Shown here piece by piece: positions 19,722 to 30,426 of a stretch of 64,000 nt of DNA (the stretch's first letter is position 1; each line of letters opens with the position of its first letter). Below the pieces are notes generated by a model that saw only the letters and a list, made by a program, of their open reading frames with translations, was not told where the DNA came from and ran no database searches. The stretch comes from Desulfatiglandales bacterium (GTDB taxonomy: Bacteria; Desulfobacterota; DSM-4660; Desulfatiglandales; HGW-15). Both the position numbers and the translations under genes were made by a program. The stretch spans positions 1,568,001 through 1,632,000 of the forward strand of contig CAXXJJ010000004.1 of NCBI GenBank assembly GCA_963667015.2. The letters are read 5' to 3'.

Positions 19722-20086
19722 GTGAAAACAGACTGAAGCTTTATAGGCTAAAGGCTGTTAGGAAAATCTATTCAATTATTAAGAATCGCTTTTGCAAGCG
19801 GGCTGTCGCAAGTCTTTATTGTTCTTAATTTTGTACTCCCGGGAGTGGTTTTAGTCAAGATTAAAAGCTGGAAGGTAAGCCGTCGTCGCCAAGGCTATGC
19901 CGGGCCAGGGAAGCATTTTAGTCCGAAGGCTGTTAGGGGAAGCAATGAAAGAGACCTGCAACAATAACTTCATCATTTTCTTTTATTAATTATTTCCGGA
20001 AGTTCTGAAAGGGACAATGAAGAATGACTGGATACCAGTGTAGGTTTGGTTATAGTCTGTTAAGTAAACCTTTGCATGTAAGAAAA

Positions 20087-20467
20087 TTATTCTTCCGATT
20101 CCAGATTCCTGACCCTGATCTTTTTTTCTTCGATCACTATGATTGTGCCTTGAGAAACTTCTATATCCATTTTTAATACACTTTTACATATTCGGACGAT
20201 ATCAGCAGGTTTTAAATTGCTAAGCCTTAAGTAAAAAATGCCATAACATGTTTTTCCTTCATTGATGGCGAGTGTACCAAAATCGGAGTCATGCGTAAGA
20301 ATAAAACGCTGTTCCTGAAAGGCTATATTTAATATTTCGTCATCATTCTTGCCATACCAATGTTCTTCTTTTATATCCAGAACGTCATATCCCAATTCAC
20401 GAAAACACTTCACCACTTTAGGTGAAATATTTTCATCTGTTAATATTTTGAGTTTCTGGATTTTCAT
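20087..20467 (-). CDS. DUF5615 PIN-like toxin
   Basis: ILTDENIS, DDEILNIA, ILTHDSDFG. Confidence 0.85.
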   Translation of the reverse strand: MKIQKLKILTDENISPKVVKCFRELGYDVLDIKEEHWYGKNDDEILNIAFQEQRFILTHDSDFGTLAINEGKTCYGIFYLRLSNLKPADIVRICKSVLKMDIEVSQGTIIVIEEKKIRVRNLESEE

Positions 20468-20697
20468 GCCACGGCAGATGTTATTTCAAGATAGATTTCA
20501 TTCTTACAGGAATGTGCAGCATACTTAAGGCAGGCGTGTATATCTTCTTTAGTGAGATGTTGGTAATCTTCCAGGATTTCTTTTTCGGAAACATCTGAAG
20601 CCAATAAATCCAGGATGAATTCTACAGAAATTCTTGTGCCCTTAATGATGGGTTTTCCACCTAATATGTTAGGATTAACTGTGATTCTTTCTATCAT
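20464..20697 (-). CDS. DUF433 antitoxin
   Basis: RITVNPNILGGKPIIKGTRISV...EDIHACLKYA; overlaps the toxin start. Confidence 0.88.
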   Translation of the reverse strand: MIERITVNPNILGGKPIIKGTRISVEFILDLLASDVSEKEILEDYQHLTKEDIHACLKYAAHSCKNEIYLEITSAVA

Positions 20698-20847
20698 TTT
20701 TTTTGCCCCGTGTTGTCTCATAATGAGCGAAATTTCTGAGTATTTTACAATAGCAGAATTTAATAATCAAGATATGTATTTGGAGTAAAAACTTGTGATA
20801 ATGCTCAGTAAAAGAACAGATGTCTGCCATTGGCATTGGACATATAA

Positions 20848-20998
20848 AAATAAAACCCCACATCTCTATTTGAGTTAGTGGGCTTTATGTATTTTTATCG
20901 AATCATTTTTTTATTCCAGCAGTTTCTTTTTTAGTGCTGGAGCTGGCAGCGCTTTGGAAATGCAAAACTTACAAACTTTCGACGGTGTCAGGTCCAGG
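20848..20998 (+). repeat. ~150-bp direct repeat, copy 2
   Basis: Matches 19565-19721 and replaces the 3' end of the AAA ATPase gene. Confidence 0.85.
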
Positions 20999-21555
20999 CT
21001 ATAAATACTAGGTTCATGGTTTCTGTATGCCTGGTAGGCTTTCAGTTCCATAAGAATAAAATGCTCAAAAGATTTGCCAAATTCAGGTGTGCCTGCCCAG
21101 AGTTTGCGACGCGCAAGATAATTGGAGACACCAATATCAAAAAGATAAAATTTTTCTGTTTCTATATATGAAAGAGGCGCCATTGAATATCTCCATGCTC
21201 TTCCACCTAAGAAATTAGCATGATTCCTCCGAAGTTTACGCGCATTTGACCCTGTCATTAAAAATGAAGTTTTGCTGTTTTCAATAAGCCAATGGATTTC
21301 ATTTAACAGATCGGGAACCATCTGGATCTCATCTATAATAACAAGATCTTTATGGTCTCTGTATTGTTCTCTGAGTAATGAGGGACGGGAGACATAGTCC
21401 GCAAATACATCTGTTTTTAATAAATCAATAATAACAGAGTCTTTAAAACGTTCGCCTACCCAATACGTCTTTCCTGTTTTTCTCGGTCCCCAGAGAAATG
21501 CAGAGCGATTATCCGGCAGGTTAATATCTAATAATCTTTTTATTATTTTACCCAT
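20911..21555 (-). pseudogene. AAA_14/DUF4143 ATPase remnant (internal deletion, 3' truncation)
   Basis: GPRKTGKT, IIDEIQ, MTGS, then PLSYIE joined directly to KFYLFDIG. The tail derives from the repeat. Confidence 0.7.
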
Positions 21556-21792
21556 GTTAGGGGAATATTATCTAGATAATCTGCCCTGTCAAGGAAAGTT
21601 ATTTTCTATAGGTTAAGGGGCAATCTTTCATTTATCTATTGGATATCTTTACCTTTTGTGAAAAATAGCAGGATGAAGCATATTAGTCCGAAGACTGTTA
21701 GGAAAATCAGGTGTAAGGCGCTTAGGCGCTATAGTATGAAGGCAAAAAGAAAAACCTAACAGCCTTCAGCCTGCTTTTCCTTATCTCTTAGG

Positions 21793-21980
21793 TGTCCAGT
21801 AAAATCTGGAGGTCATTTTCGTAAAATGATCGTCATTTCAATGAGTTGGGTAGATTTTTAAAGATTTTTTCAACACGTCCCATAAATTTATGGGACAGGT
21901 AGAAAATTTATCAGAAAAATAGCCTAACCATTTGATACAGCGATTATTTTACAAAAACAGGCTTTTTATTTCATTGGACA
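21793..21980. repeat. ~190-bp fold-back (MITE/REPIN-like) element
   Basis: Ends TGTCCAGTAAAAT / ATTTCATTGGACA, inner inverted arms, and central perfect palindrome GTCCCATAAATTTATGGGAC (21877-21896). Confidence 0.65.
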
Positions 21981-22019
21981 GGTAACATCAGGAGTTGTCT
22001 CTGAGGGGCTGTATTTTTA

Positions 22020-22349
22020 CTACGCTTCCAGCAATCTCCTTTGTAGAAGCGATTGCATATCACGGCGGCCATCTGCTATCAGGAAAATATAAACATTTTT
22101 CTTAATGATCCGGTAAATAATACGATATGGTTTGAAGAAAATCTCTCGGTATTCTCTTATTCCCAGTTTCAGAAGTTCTTTTGGATATACACCCCGTTCG
22201 GGAAATTCGATTAAAGATGAAAGGTTTTTTTCGATCTGCTGCAAAACATATTCCGCTCTCCCGGGAGAATCATATATCACTATATATTCATAAATTTCGG
22301 TAAGGTCGGCTGCAGCATCTTCGGTTAAAAAAACCTTGAATCCCATCAC
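22020..22349 (-). CDS. RelE/ParE-family toxin
   Basis: VFLTEDAAADL, FPERG, YREIFFKPYRIIYRI, DGRRDM. Confidence 0.9.
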   Translation of the reverse strand: MMGFKVFLTEDAAADLTEIYEYIVIYDSPGRAEYVLQQIEKNLSSLIEFPERGVYPKELLKLGIREYREIFFKPYRIIYRIIKKNVYIFLIADGRRDMQSLLQRRLLEA

Positions 22350-22621
22350 GGTTTCTCCTGCCGTTTGCGGAGTTTTTTAATTACGTCTTCCGCAGGTAAC
22401 ACCTTTCCTTCCTCAATTTGTTTTATTCCTAATGATAAAATTTTTAAAAGCGCGATTGTTTCCTGAGTCTGTTCATAGCTCTTGATATCCTGCATAACCA
22501 CTTTTGCTTCGCCATTCTGAGTGATAACCAGGGGTTGCTGCTCTTTGGAAAAATTTCTTACGATTTCTGCAGCATGCGCTTTCAGGTAACTTATGGGTTT
22601 AATCTGTTTCGAATACTTCAT
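22346..22621 (-). CDS. Phd/YefM-family antitoxin
   Basis: IKPISYLKAHAAEIV...PLVITQNGEAKVV. Confidence 0.9.
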   Translation of the reverse strand: MKYSKQIKPISYLKAHAAEIVRNFSKEQQPLVITQNGEAKVVMQDIKSYEQTQETIALLKILSLGIKQIEEGKVLPAEDVIKKLRKRQEKP

Positions 22622-22650
22622 GATAATCTCCGGTTTTATAAACAGGACTT

Positions 22651-22680
22651 AATATAGACTATATTTGGACCAAATATCAA
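22651..22680 (-). promoter_or_regulatory. TA promoter with two overlapping palindromic operators
   Basis: TTGATA-N18-TATATT; palindromes AATATAGACTATATT (22651-22665) and ATATTTGGACCAAATAT (22661-22677). Confidence 0.65.
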
Positions 22681-22948
22681 GGATTAATGACAGTGTCTAT
22701 ATCTCCATGAACCAGGGTCATACTTCATTAATCCCCTCGTTCCAACTGAGACAGCAGGAATGACTGCACAGACGTTCCGCGTCCTCCTGTTACCGGTTTG
22801 TACAAATATCCATCAATCCAATAACTCCTTGCGTTTGGAAAAAGCCGGTGTTCAACTCATCAATATATACCCCCTGCATAGTGGTAATTCAATCTTCAAT
22901 ATTCAATTAAAAGGCCCCCAAAACTGAATTCTCCGGTTCAGCCTTGTT

Positions 22949-25900
22949 TTAAGCTTCCGGTTTCCTGAGCGGCGGAGGCTGCACACTGTCAGCTTTTTTC
23001 TTTTTCCAGATGCCCACCGCCTTAAACATCCCGCCATCGCTGAAGCATTCCCATGCCCAAGGGAGCCATTTCAGTATCAGCGAGTAGGCAAGCCACAGGG
23101 CCCAGAGAAGCATCAGTCCTTTAAAGAAGAAAATATGAAGGGACATTACCGTGGCAGTCGGAAGTTTTGATGCAACCCTGTCCTGTGTCCAGTTGAGTAT
23201 AAAATCAGAAGACATGTTACCCTGTATCTGCATTTCGGGTATTCCAAGAAGCCCTCTCTGGATTGAATCCCACAACCCTGCTATTGCGATAATGAACCAG
23301 ATTACCAGCATAAGTTGAGCAAGATTAAAGACCCATGGTTTCTGGTTTTGAACCGCCTTTTTTCTGGCACCCATTGCAAGGAACCATCCGGCAATAATGA
23401 TTGCTATGGGAGAAGCCACCTGTGTCAGACCAAGCCCGAGCAGTATCCATGAGGTCGTTCCAAGGGGAGTCCATTTGAATTTACCGAGTAATACACCGGC
23501 AAGTACAATTACAATCAGATAACTCCAGAACAGGACTGCGGGCCCCATAACAGGTCCGCCGGCAAACAATATCCACCGGTTTTGGGGTATTTTAAATGTT
23601 ATGTATGCATTCACCACTTCGGTCCCCACATCCACAGAAGGAGAAGTTGTTATTACCCGTGAATCTGTGTTCTGCTGCCATTCAAACTCAACCGTCTGGG
23701 CACCGGGATTGAGTGGAACTGTAACAGTTCTTCCCTGCTGGCTTATGGGCTGACTCCTGCCTGATATACTCACCTGCCTCAGATTCGCACCTTCCGGGAG
23801 TGTAATCTTCTGCTGTCCTCCCTGGCTGCTCCTGATATTGAGGCTCAGTTCTGACATACTTATCCGTTTTCCCGGCGAGTGTGTCAGTTTTGCATTATCT
23901 ATGGTTATTATTTTTCCGGGGATGGCCGCGGGCCTTGTAACCTTTATTGTTATCTCTTCTCCCTGCCATGGTTTCCATTCAGGGCGCCACTGCCCGGTCC
24001 GGTCCTGGTGATGTATAAGAGGAATGCCCGAAAGCTCGCAATGCCATATGGGGCTCGCATCGAGAATCCAGGATTCAACATACTCGCTTGTTTCACCGGC
24101 CTTGAGGGATATCTCGTTTGAAGGTTCAATAGTTGAAACCCAGCGTTTCTCCCTTTCTCCCGGAGACATGCTTATAACTATTCTGTTGTCTTCGACCTTG
24201 ATACCCCCTGTAATTACTGATTCACCCTTTACAAGGGGAATTGATACAACTACCGGATCATTCGAAGGTGTCATTCGTCTCACAATCGTATGTATCTGCC
24301 AGTCAATGCCAAGGGAGATTACTCTTTCGACCTGAAAAAACGGAGGCAGAACTGAGCTGCTTTCCGGAACTCCTTCTTTGCTCTTTTTTTCGAGCCTGAC
24401 AAATTTGATACTCCCCAGTACCTGCCCGTCTCTGTCCACACCATAGGCTGCCCACCCGTCTGCCTTAAGGGATACATTATGGGGAGTCATGGTCAGGGGT
24501 ATCTGGAATTCATTTGCCGCAGGTATCCTTCCCCTTATGATCACATCATTGATTCCTTCCGGAACAAGTAACCACATGGTCCCGGCCCTATCCCGGTACA
24601 GATTTCCGGCCGGATTATTCCCGATAAAAACCTCTTCGGGGTTCCACATCATTAAAGACCCGGGCAGAGGGACAGCGGTTTCTACTGATGCATGAACCCT
24701 TAATAGGATGCGCACAATATCATTATTAACAGAGATCTCCATTTGAGGACTGTCAGCACAGTATGGAAAACATTCATCCTTTTCAAGCAGACGATCCTTC
24801 AGTTCCCTGAGCATTTCAGGAGGAGGGAAATTTCCATTATCATCTGCAAAGGCCCTGTCTGCTGCAGGAAACAGAAGGAACAAAACAAACATTGCTGATG
24901 CAGCGGCCTTTAGGCCCTCTATTTTTATTTTTTTCAAGTCCATGACATACAGGGCAAGCAGGGCAAGCAGTATAATCCGCACAAATGCCAGTACAAGGTT
25001 GATTTCAGGTGATAAAAGCCAGAAACTTATCTCCTGCCCCGAGTCAACCGGTCCGTTCCAGCTCATATCATGGGAATGCCATTTCCACTGGGGAAGTCCG
25101 GGCCCTGTCTGTATAAGGGCATTGGGATCCTGAAGCATGACATTCTGACTCTGGTCGTAATAACCGCGATCAAATTCTTGATTCGCAGATACACTTATCT
25201 CATCAAGTGTAAACTCATCCTCAGCCCGGTCAGCAAAGCTCGACACGGCTTTACTCACTCTTCTCCCGGCCTCTTCCATTTTTCTTTCCCCCAGAGCAGG
25301 CCCCGGGGCGCTTTTCATCATCATAACCTGATGCCCTGCGTAATTCTTCGTATGTTCAAGCTGGGGGTACAGACCTGTCCGTGCCTGTTTAACAACAAAG
25401 GGCACCACCATTACGATAAGAACAATTATGGACGCAAGTCTCCACAGATCCACTATCTTCCTGAACCAGCCCTCCGGGATAAAACGTAAAAGTGCTGTAG
25501 CTGCAAGCAGGGATATCCAGACAGTTCTGGGAGAACCCGGTTCATGATATATAAGCACAAGGGTTATCAGAGCAAGGATACCGTAACGGATATTAAAGAG
25601 CCTGAATATGGCGGTTGAGATTACAAGAACAAGGAATAGGTCAAGAAGGTTCCAGTTTTGGAGCCATGTTCCTTTTATTGAGTCTACACCATTTACATTA
25701 ATCAACCTCCATCCGGGAGGCAGGTTAAGACTTGCGGAGAGCTGCTGAACATTATGATCCCACCCCACAGCAGGAATGGTCTTTATACCTGATTCTATGC
25801 GGGATTCCCCCTGCAGATCAATTTCCCCCGTACGCAGTTCAACCCCGGATTTATTATCTTTACCATGGCTGGTTATTAACTGATCCACTCCATCCAGAAC

Positions 25901-27061
25901 AACCCTCCCCAGTTTAACAGGTGAATTCATGGCAAGATACCATTGCCTGCTCATTGTGCCATCTATGCTGTCCTGAAGCGTATAGCCTTTACCATCAAAG
26001 TCCAGCCATATGTTCCTGTGCATTGTCAACTGATCAGGCGCGGGTGAAGGGTCTCCTCTCCTTGTCTGCTCAAGTACAAGGTTATCACCCTTATTGATTA
26101 TATATGCAGGATATGACTTCCACTCGGAGGGAAGATCGGTTTGCCCCGGATCAATTCCCTGGACACCCTGGACCTTTATCATCCGAAGATGATTCTGAGA
26201 TTTAACGACCCATATTTCCTGGCCATAGGTTGCGTTTGCAGGTCCGACACTGTTGACAGGGCCTTTAGATCTGGTTTTTACGTAAATATCCCACTTTCCA
26301 GGCCTTGCCTGAACTGTAACTTCGCCATTTTCTCCAATAAGGACAGGCAGGGGGCCTGTTATCTGCATGGGTATAAAATCTTCCGGAAGCAGGTCTGCAA
26401 GCTTCACTTCCCGGGCCTGACCTGAGACATATAATCTTAAAAGACTGGTTATGTACATCGGAATGTCATCATCTATCATCCTGAACAGTTTTACATCCAG
26501 CCTGTCTTCAACAGTTTTAGCCACTTTTTTATTTTGAAACCATAGACGTCCGGAATTATCCAGAAGCGGTGAGTCAACAGGCCTGTTATTTATAACAAGG
26601 TCGATCAGGCCTGTCTTTTCCGGCACACTGATCATTTCGGGCATGCTCTTCCATTTAAAAATCCCGTTTACAGTGTGGGTGCCCTTTTTTAAAAAAATCG
26701 ACGGGATACCGTTCCGGCTTACAACAGGGGTCTTTTTCCCATTTACTGTAATGTCATTGGGCCATGTATTCATGTTTCCGGGAACAGAAATCCAGTTTTC
26801 CGAATAGATTATAAACTGCTGCGAAAATGTTCCGCCTGTCTCATTAAGCTTAAGGCTTAGCCTGGAAGGCCACATACACAGGTATTCATTCCCGTTGTTA
26901 AAGGGGCTGGGACAGGTATATTCTTCAGATCCATGCAGGACCCAGGATTTCCAGGGTTCGAGCTGGCCCGGGATGCCTTTTTTGTCAGTGACCTTTCCAA
27001 CAGCCGAAAAACTAAAAAAGAGTAAGATCAGACATAGCGAAATTATGGATTTACTGTTCAT
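22949..27061 (-). CDS. Large (1370 aa) hypothetical multi-pass membrane protein with large soluble domains
   Basis: Long ORF with GGAG RBS, signal peptide, and hydrophobic clusters centrally and at the C-terminus. Confidence 0.85.
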   Translation of the reverse strand: MNSKSIISLCLILLFFSFSAVGKVTDKKGIPGQLEPWKSWVLHGSEEYTCPSPFNNGNEYLCMWPSRLSLKLNETGGTFSQQFIIYSENWISVPGNMNTWPNDITVNGKKTPVVSRNGIPSIFLKKGTHTVNGIFKWKSMPEMISVPEKTGLIDLVINNRPVDSPLLDNSGRLWFQNKKVAKTVEDRLDVKLFRMIDDDIPMYITSLLRLYVSGQAREVKLADLLPEDFIPMQITGPLPVLIGENGEVTVQARPGKWDIYVKTRSKGPVNSVGPANATYGQEIWVVKSQNHLRMIKVQGVQGIDPGQTDLPSEWKSYPAYIINKGDNLVLEQTRRGDPSPAPDQLTMHRNIWLDFDGKGYTLQDSIDGTMSRQWYLAMNSPVKLGRVVLDGVDQLITSHGKDNKSGVELRTGEIDLQGESRIESGIKTIPAVGWDHNVQQLSASLNLPPGWRLINVNGVDSIKGTWLQNWNLLDLFLVLVISTAIFRLFNIRYGILALITLVLIYHEPGSPRTVWISLLAATALLRFIPEGWFRKIVDLWRLASIIVLIVMVVPFVVKQARTGLYPQLEHTKNYAGHQVMMMKSAPGPALGERKMEEAGRRVSKAVSSFADRAEDEFTLDEISVSANQEFDRGYYDQSQNVMLQDPNALIQTGPGLPQWKWHSHDMSWNGPVDSGQEISFWLLSPEINLVLAFVRIILLALLALYVMDLKKIKIEGLKAAASAMFVLFLLFPAADRAFADDNGNFPPPEMLRELKDRLLEKDECFPYCADSPQMEISVNNDIVRILLRVHASVETAVPLPGSLMMWNPEEVFIGNNPAGNLYRDRAGTMWLLVPEGINDVIIRGRIPAANEFQIPLTMTPHNVSLKADGWAAYGVDRDGQVLGSIKFVRLEKKSKEGVPESSSVLPPFFQVERVISLGIDWQIHTIVRRMTPSNDPVVVSIPLVKGESVITGGIKVEDNRIVISMSPGEREKRWVSTIEPSNEISLKAGETSEYVESWILDASPIWHCELSGIPLIHHQDRTGQWRPEWKPWQGEEITIKVTRPAAIPGKIITIDNAKLTHSPGKRISMSELSLNIRSSQGGQQKITLPEGANLRQVSISGRSQPISQQGRTVTVPLNPGAQTVEFEWQQNTDSRVITTSPSVDVGTEVVNAYITFKIPQNRWILFAGGPVMGPAVLFWSYLIVIVLAGVLLGKFKWTPLGTTSWILLGLGLTQVASPIAIIIAGWFLAMGARKKAVQNQKPWVFNLAQLMLVIWFIIAIAGLWDSIQRGLLGIPEMQIQGNMSSDFILNWTQDRVASKLPTATVMSLHIFFFKGLMLLWALWLAYSLILKWLPWAWECFSDGGMFKAVGIWKKKKADSVQPPPLRKPEA

Positions 27062-27193
27062 ATCTCCTCCTGGAGGTAAAATAAAAAAGCATGTTGTTAA
27101 ATATGGGCACAGTATGGTATGAAGAAATGATTATAGATTAAAAAACAACATAAAATCAAATACTCAAACTGTACGATAAAAAGCGCGAATAAC

Positions 27194-27442
27194 ATGTCAT
27201 TTATTATATGCAGCAGAAAAAAATCAATGCCCAAGGTAAGTGTAGCCATCTGTAAAAAATGCGCCAGGTTAAAAAAATGCCCCGACTACAGTTTATTTCA
27301 GCAGCCGCTGCTCTTCTCTGGCATTAAAAAAGAAGAATTATATACGAAAAAAAGAAAAAAAAGTTATAAAAATCAGGATAATCTCCATACACCTTCACAT
27401 GAAGAACAGCTTCTTCTGGGATTTTCAGGTATTGTAAAATAG
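27194..27442 (+). CDS. Small Cys-containing basic hypothetical protein
   Basis: IICSR...AICKKCARLKKCPDY; divergent from the 1370-aa gene. Confidence 0.45.
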   Translation: MSFIICSRKKSMPKVSVAICKKCARLKKCPDYSLFQQPLLFSGIKKEELYTKKRKKSYKNQDNLHTPSHEEQLLLGFSGIVK

Positions 27443-27523
27443 CCCTGACAAAATTATATGCAACACCGGGTCTTATCACCCTATCAATCCATCCTTTTAA
27501 TATTGTCTCTATAAAAGCGATAA

Positions 27524-27556
27524 AAAAAGATCCTGCCCTATGAACAGGATCTTTTT
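27524..27556. terminator. Bidirectional intrinsic terminator
   Basis: AAAAAGATCCTG ... CAGGATCTTTTT between convergent genes. Confidence 0.75.
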
Positions 27557-27579
27557 AAATCACAAAGTATAAAAGGTTT

Positions 27580-28872
27580 TTATAGACCGACTTCAGCCAG
27601 ATCAAGCCCGAGATAGGCTCTCTCATTCTCCCCAAGACACCCCAGTGAAAGGCAGATAAGGGTCCAGAGATGAACAGTATGATAGCCGGCTTCGTAATGA
27701 TCGCTGAGGTCATGGATCTGCGCATGGCAATTATGACAAGGGGTTATGCAGTAATCAGCCCCGGTTGACTTTATCTGGCTTAGTTTTAACCTTCCATAAT
27801 GACGCCTGGCATCATTGAAGCCTGACTGGAGATAACCACCGCCGCCGCCGCAGCAGTAGTTATTGGACATGTTGGGAGTCATATCAATGAAGTTTTCTTC
27901 ACCGACAACTGCCCTTACAACAAACCTGAGATCCTCGGCAACCGGGTCACCAAGAGATTTTCTTACAAGCTGGCATGGGTCCTGTACTGTAAATTTTACC
28001 TTCAGGTCCTTGTTCCAGTCTGAATTAACCTTAAGTTTTCCTTCTCTGATCCATTGGGCGTATAACTCGACAATGCTCTTAATTTCAAACTTGTGGGGAA
28101 TATTGAATTTTTTCAGTCCGGCCCGGACCGCGTACATCTCGTGGCCTCATTCCGTATTGAGCCAGACCTTGCACCCCAGGTCCTCCACAGCCCTGGCTTT
28201 AACTTTAGTTATATGTTCCCACTGGTCTATTTCCTGGGCAAACATGCAGTAATTTTCTGCTGCCCAGCCCTTTGTGCCGTAAGTCCAGTCTGCACCCGCC
28301 AGGTGCATGATCTTCCAGAGGGGAACCATTTCATCAGGTTCTGTTACCGGTTCTCTTGAGTTCTGATTGAGGAAATAATAGGCGCCCTGTTTGTTTATTG
28401 GTGCCTGGAGGTCTTCCCAGCCTTCCTGTGTCTCTTTTACTTCTTCAAGTACATCTTCCACAACAAACTGGAAATCTTCTTCGGATGCCCCCATGGCGCT
28501 GCAGGTATCGCTTCTCAGAGCCATATTGCAGGAATCTAAAATTCCCTTGGGTTTCTTTTCCTCCGGCCATGAGTTGCGCACCAGGCCGATTATTCCCGCA
28601 ATATCGACGTTCATGGGGCATGCGTGCGTGCACCGCATGCACATGCTGCACATCCATACCCACGGTGTGGAAAGTACTTCTTCATCCATACCGAGGGCAA
28701 CCATCCTGATAAATTTTCGCGGGTCCATATCTTCAAGGCCTGTGGCAGGACATCCTCCCGCGCAGGTTCCACAGGTGTAGCAAAGGTTAAAGTTACAGTC
28801 AGGAAGCATTTTTTCCACTTTCTCCCTGAATTCCGCCTTCTGCTCATCCAGAATAATCGCTTCTTGAGGCAT
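27580..28872 (-). CDS. HdrD/GlpC-like (Fe-S)-binding CCG-domain selenoprotein; read through UGA 28147-28149
   Basis: Two CxxCxxCxxxCP motifs; LNTE-UGA-GHEM in frame (ECGH position); QDPC, YCCGGGGG, TPCHNC. Confidence 0.85.
28114..28130 (-). promoter_or_regulatory. Candidate SECIS hairpin
   Basis: CGGTCC-GGGCC-GGACTG, 16 nt after the UGA, with a G-starting loop. Confidence 0.55.
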
Positions 28873-29262
28873 ACATTTCTCCATATAGGTTATTTGGTTT
28901 CTAAAGTGGTTCCCAAAGTTAATTTCGGTGAAAACAATGCCTGTAAGCCAATATGGTGAATTAAAATTACATTTTCGACAGGTAAAAGTCAACTTTCAAG
29001 TTTTCCATAATAAACCGAGGATAAATCGAGGTCGACAATATAAAAAAGATAAAGAATCCTGGTTTTTCTCATGAAACCTGAAAATCTGCCGATAGTAATA
29101 TATCGGTAAATTTGGTAAAACTGCTTGAAATACAAATATTTTTATTGCATTAATGGTCTAATAGTATATTATTCTAGGTTGAGAAAAAAATCACAAATTA
29201 CAAGATTTTTTAAGACAAGCTTTTAAATGAATAGCAATTAATAATATGAAGGAGGAAGTTTT

Positions 29263-30426
29263 ATGGATTTTACATTAAGCGAAGAATTGCAAATGCTGAA
29301 AGATATGGCAAGAGATTTTGTCAACGAAAAAATATCTCCGTTTGCAGATGAATGGGATGAGAAGCATTATTTCCCCTATGAAGAAGCACTGAAACCAATG
29401 GGCGAACTTGGTTTTTTTGGTACAGTTATCCCTGAAGAATACGGCGGAAACGAGATGGGCTGGCTCGCAGCAATAATCCTTACCGAAGAGATCGCAAGGG
29501 GTTCAAGTTCCTTAAGAGTGCAGATGAACATGCAGGCCCTTGGCTGTGCCTATACAATCAATACATATGGCAGTGAAGAACTCAAAAAGAAATATGTTGA
29601 AAAACTTGTAACAGCCGAATACGTGGGCGGTTTTGGTATTACAGAACCTAACGCCGGTTCTGACGTTATGGCCATGAAGGCTACAGCCGTTGACAAAGGC
29701 GATCACTGGCTTATTAACGGTTATAAAACATGGATATCAAATGCATCAGCAGCTGATGCTATTATCTTTTATGCATACACAGACAGGGAAGCCAGAGGTA
29801 AAGGGCTCTCTGCTTTTGTTGTAGAACCCAAAAACTTTAATGGTGTTACAACAACTGATCTGGACAAATTGGGAACAAGATCTACACCTACAGGCGAAAT
29901 TATTCTCGAAGACTGCAAAGTACCCAAGGAAAACATACTTGGAAACCCCGGTGACGGCGCAAAAATAGTATTCGGTTCACTCAACCAGAGCAGATTGTCT
30001 GCAGCAGCAGGCGGAATCGGTGTTGCACAGGCCTCTCTGGAGGCCGCAATTGCATACTGTAAAGAACGTGAACAGTTCAGAACAGCGATCGGAAACTTCC
30101 AGATGAACCAGGACCTGGTAGCCCAGGTGTCCTGTGAGCTGGAAGCAGCAAGGCTCATGGTTTACAAGGCTGCAATTCAGAAAGACGAAGGAAACCTTGG
30201 AAATACAATTGAAGTTGCCCAGGCAAAGTACCTTGCGGGTGAAATAGCTGTTAAGGCTTCATCGGTTGCAATGAGAATTCTAGGGGCTTATGGCTATTCA
30301 ACAGAATACCCGGTAGCCAGGTACTATCGTGATGCCCCGGCCTATCAACTGGTTGAAGGTTCAACAAATATCTGTAAGATGATCGTTGGCCAGGATCTGG
30401 TTGGTGTAAAAAAAGCCAAAAAATAA
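29263..30426 (+). CDS. acd: Acyl-CoA dehydrogenase, probably non-decarboxylating glutaryl-CoA dehydrogenase
   Basis: GITEPNAGSD, KTWISN, GAYGYSTEYPVARYYRDA, VEGSTNI; lies next to gcdA. Confidence 0.8.
   Translation: MDFTLSEELQMLKDMARDFVNEKISPFADEWDEKHYFPYEEALKPMGELGFFGTVIPEEYGGNEMGWLAAIILTEEIARGSSSLRVQMNMQALGCAYTINTYGSEELKKKYVEKLVTAEYVGGFGITEPNAGSDVMAMKATAVDKGDHWLINGYKTWISNASAADAIIFYAYTDREARGKGLSAFVVEPKNFNGVTTTDLDKLGTRSTPTGEIILEDCKVPKENILGNPGDGAKIVFGSLNQSRLSAAAGGIGVAQASLEAAIAYCKEREQFRTAIGNFQMNQDLVAQVSCELEAARLMVYKAAIQKDEGNLGNTIEVAQAKYLAGEIAVKASSVAMRILGAYGYSTEYPVARYYRDAPAYQLVEGSTNICKMIVGQDLVGVKKAKK

Noticed and set aside
19189..19725. ORFs 19189-19395 and 19504-19725 as genes
   Set aside because: They run through attC and repeat DNA and show no recognisable protein features.
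22690..22930. Possible gene remnant between the antitoxin and the 1370-aa gene
   Set aside because: All frames contain stops and I could not recognise a family.
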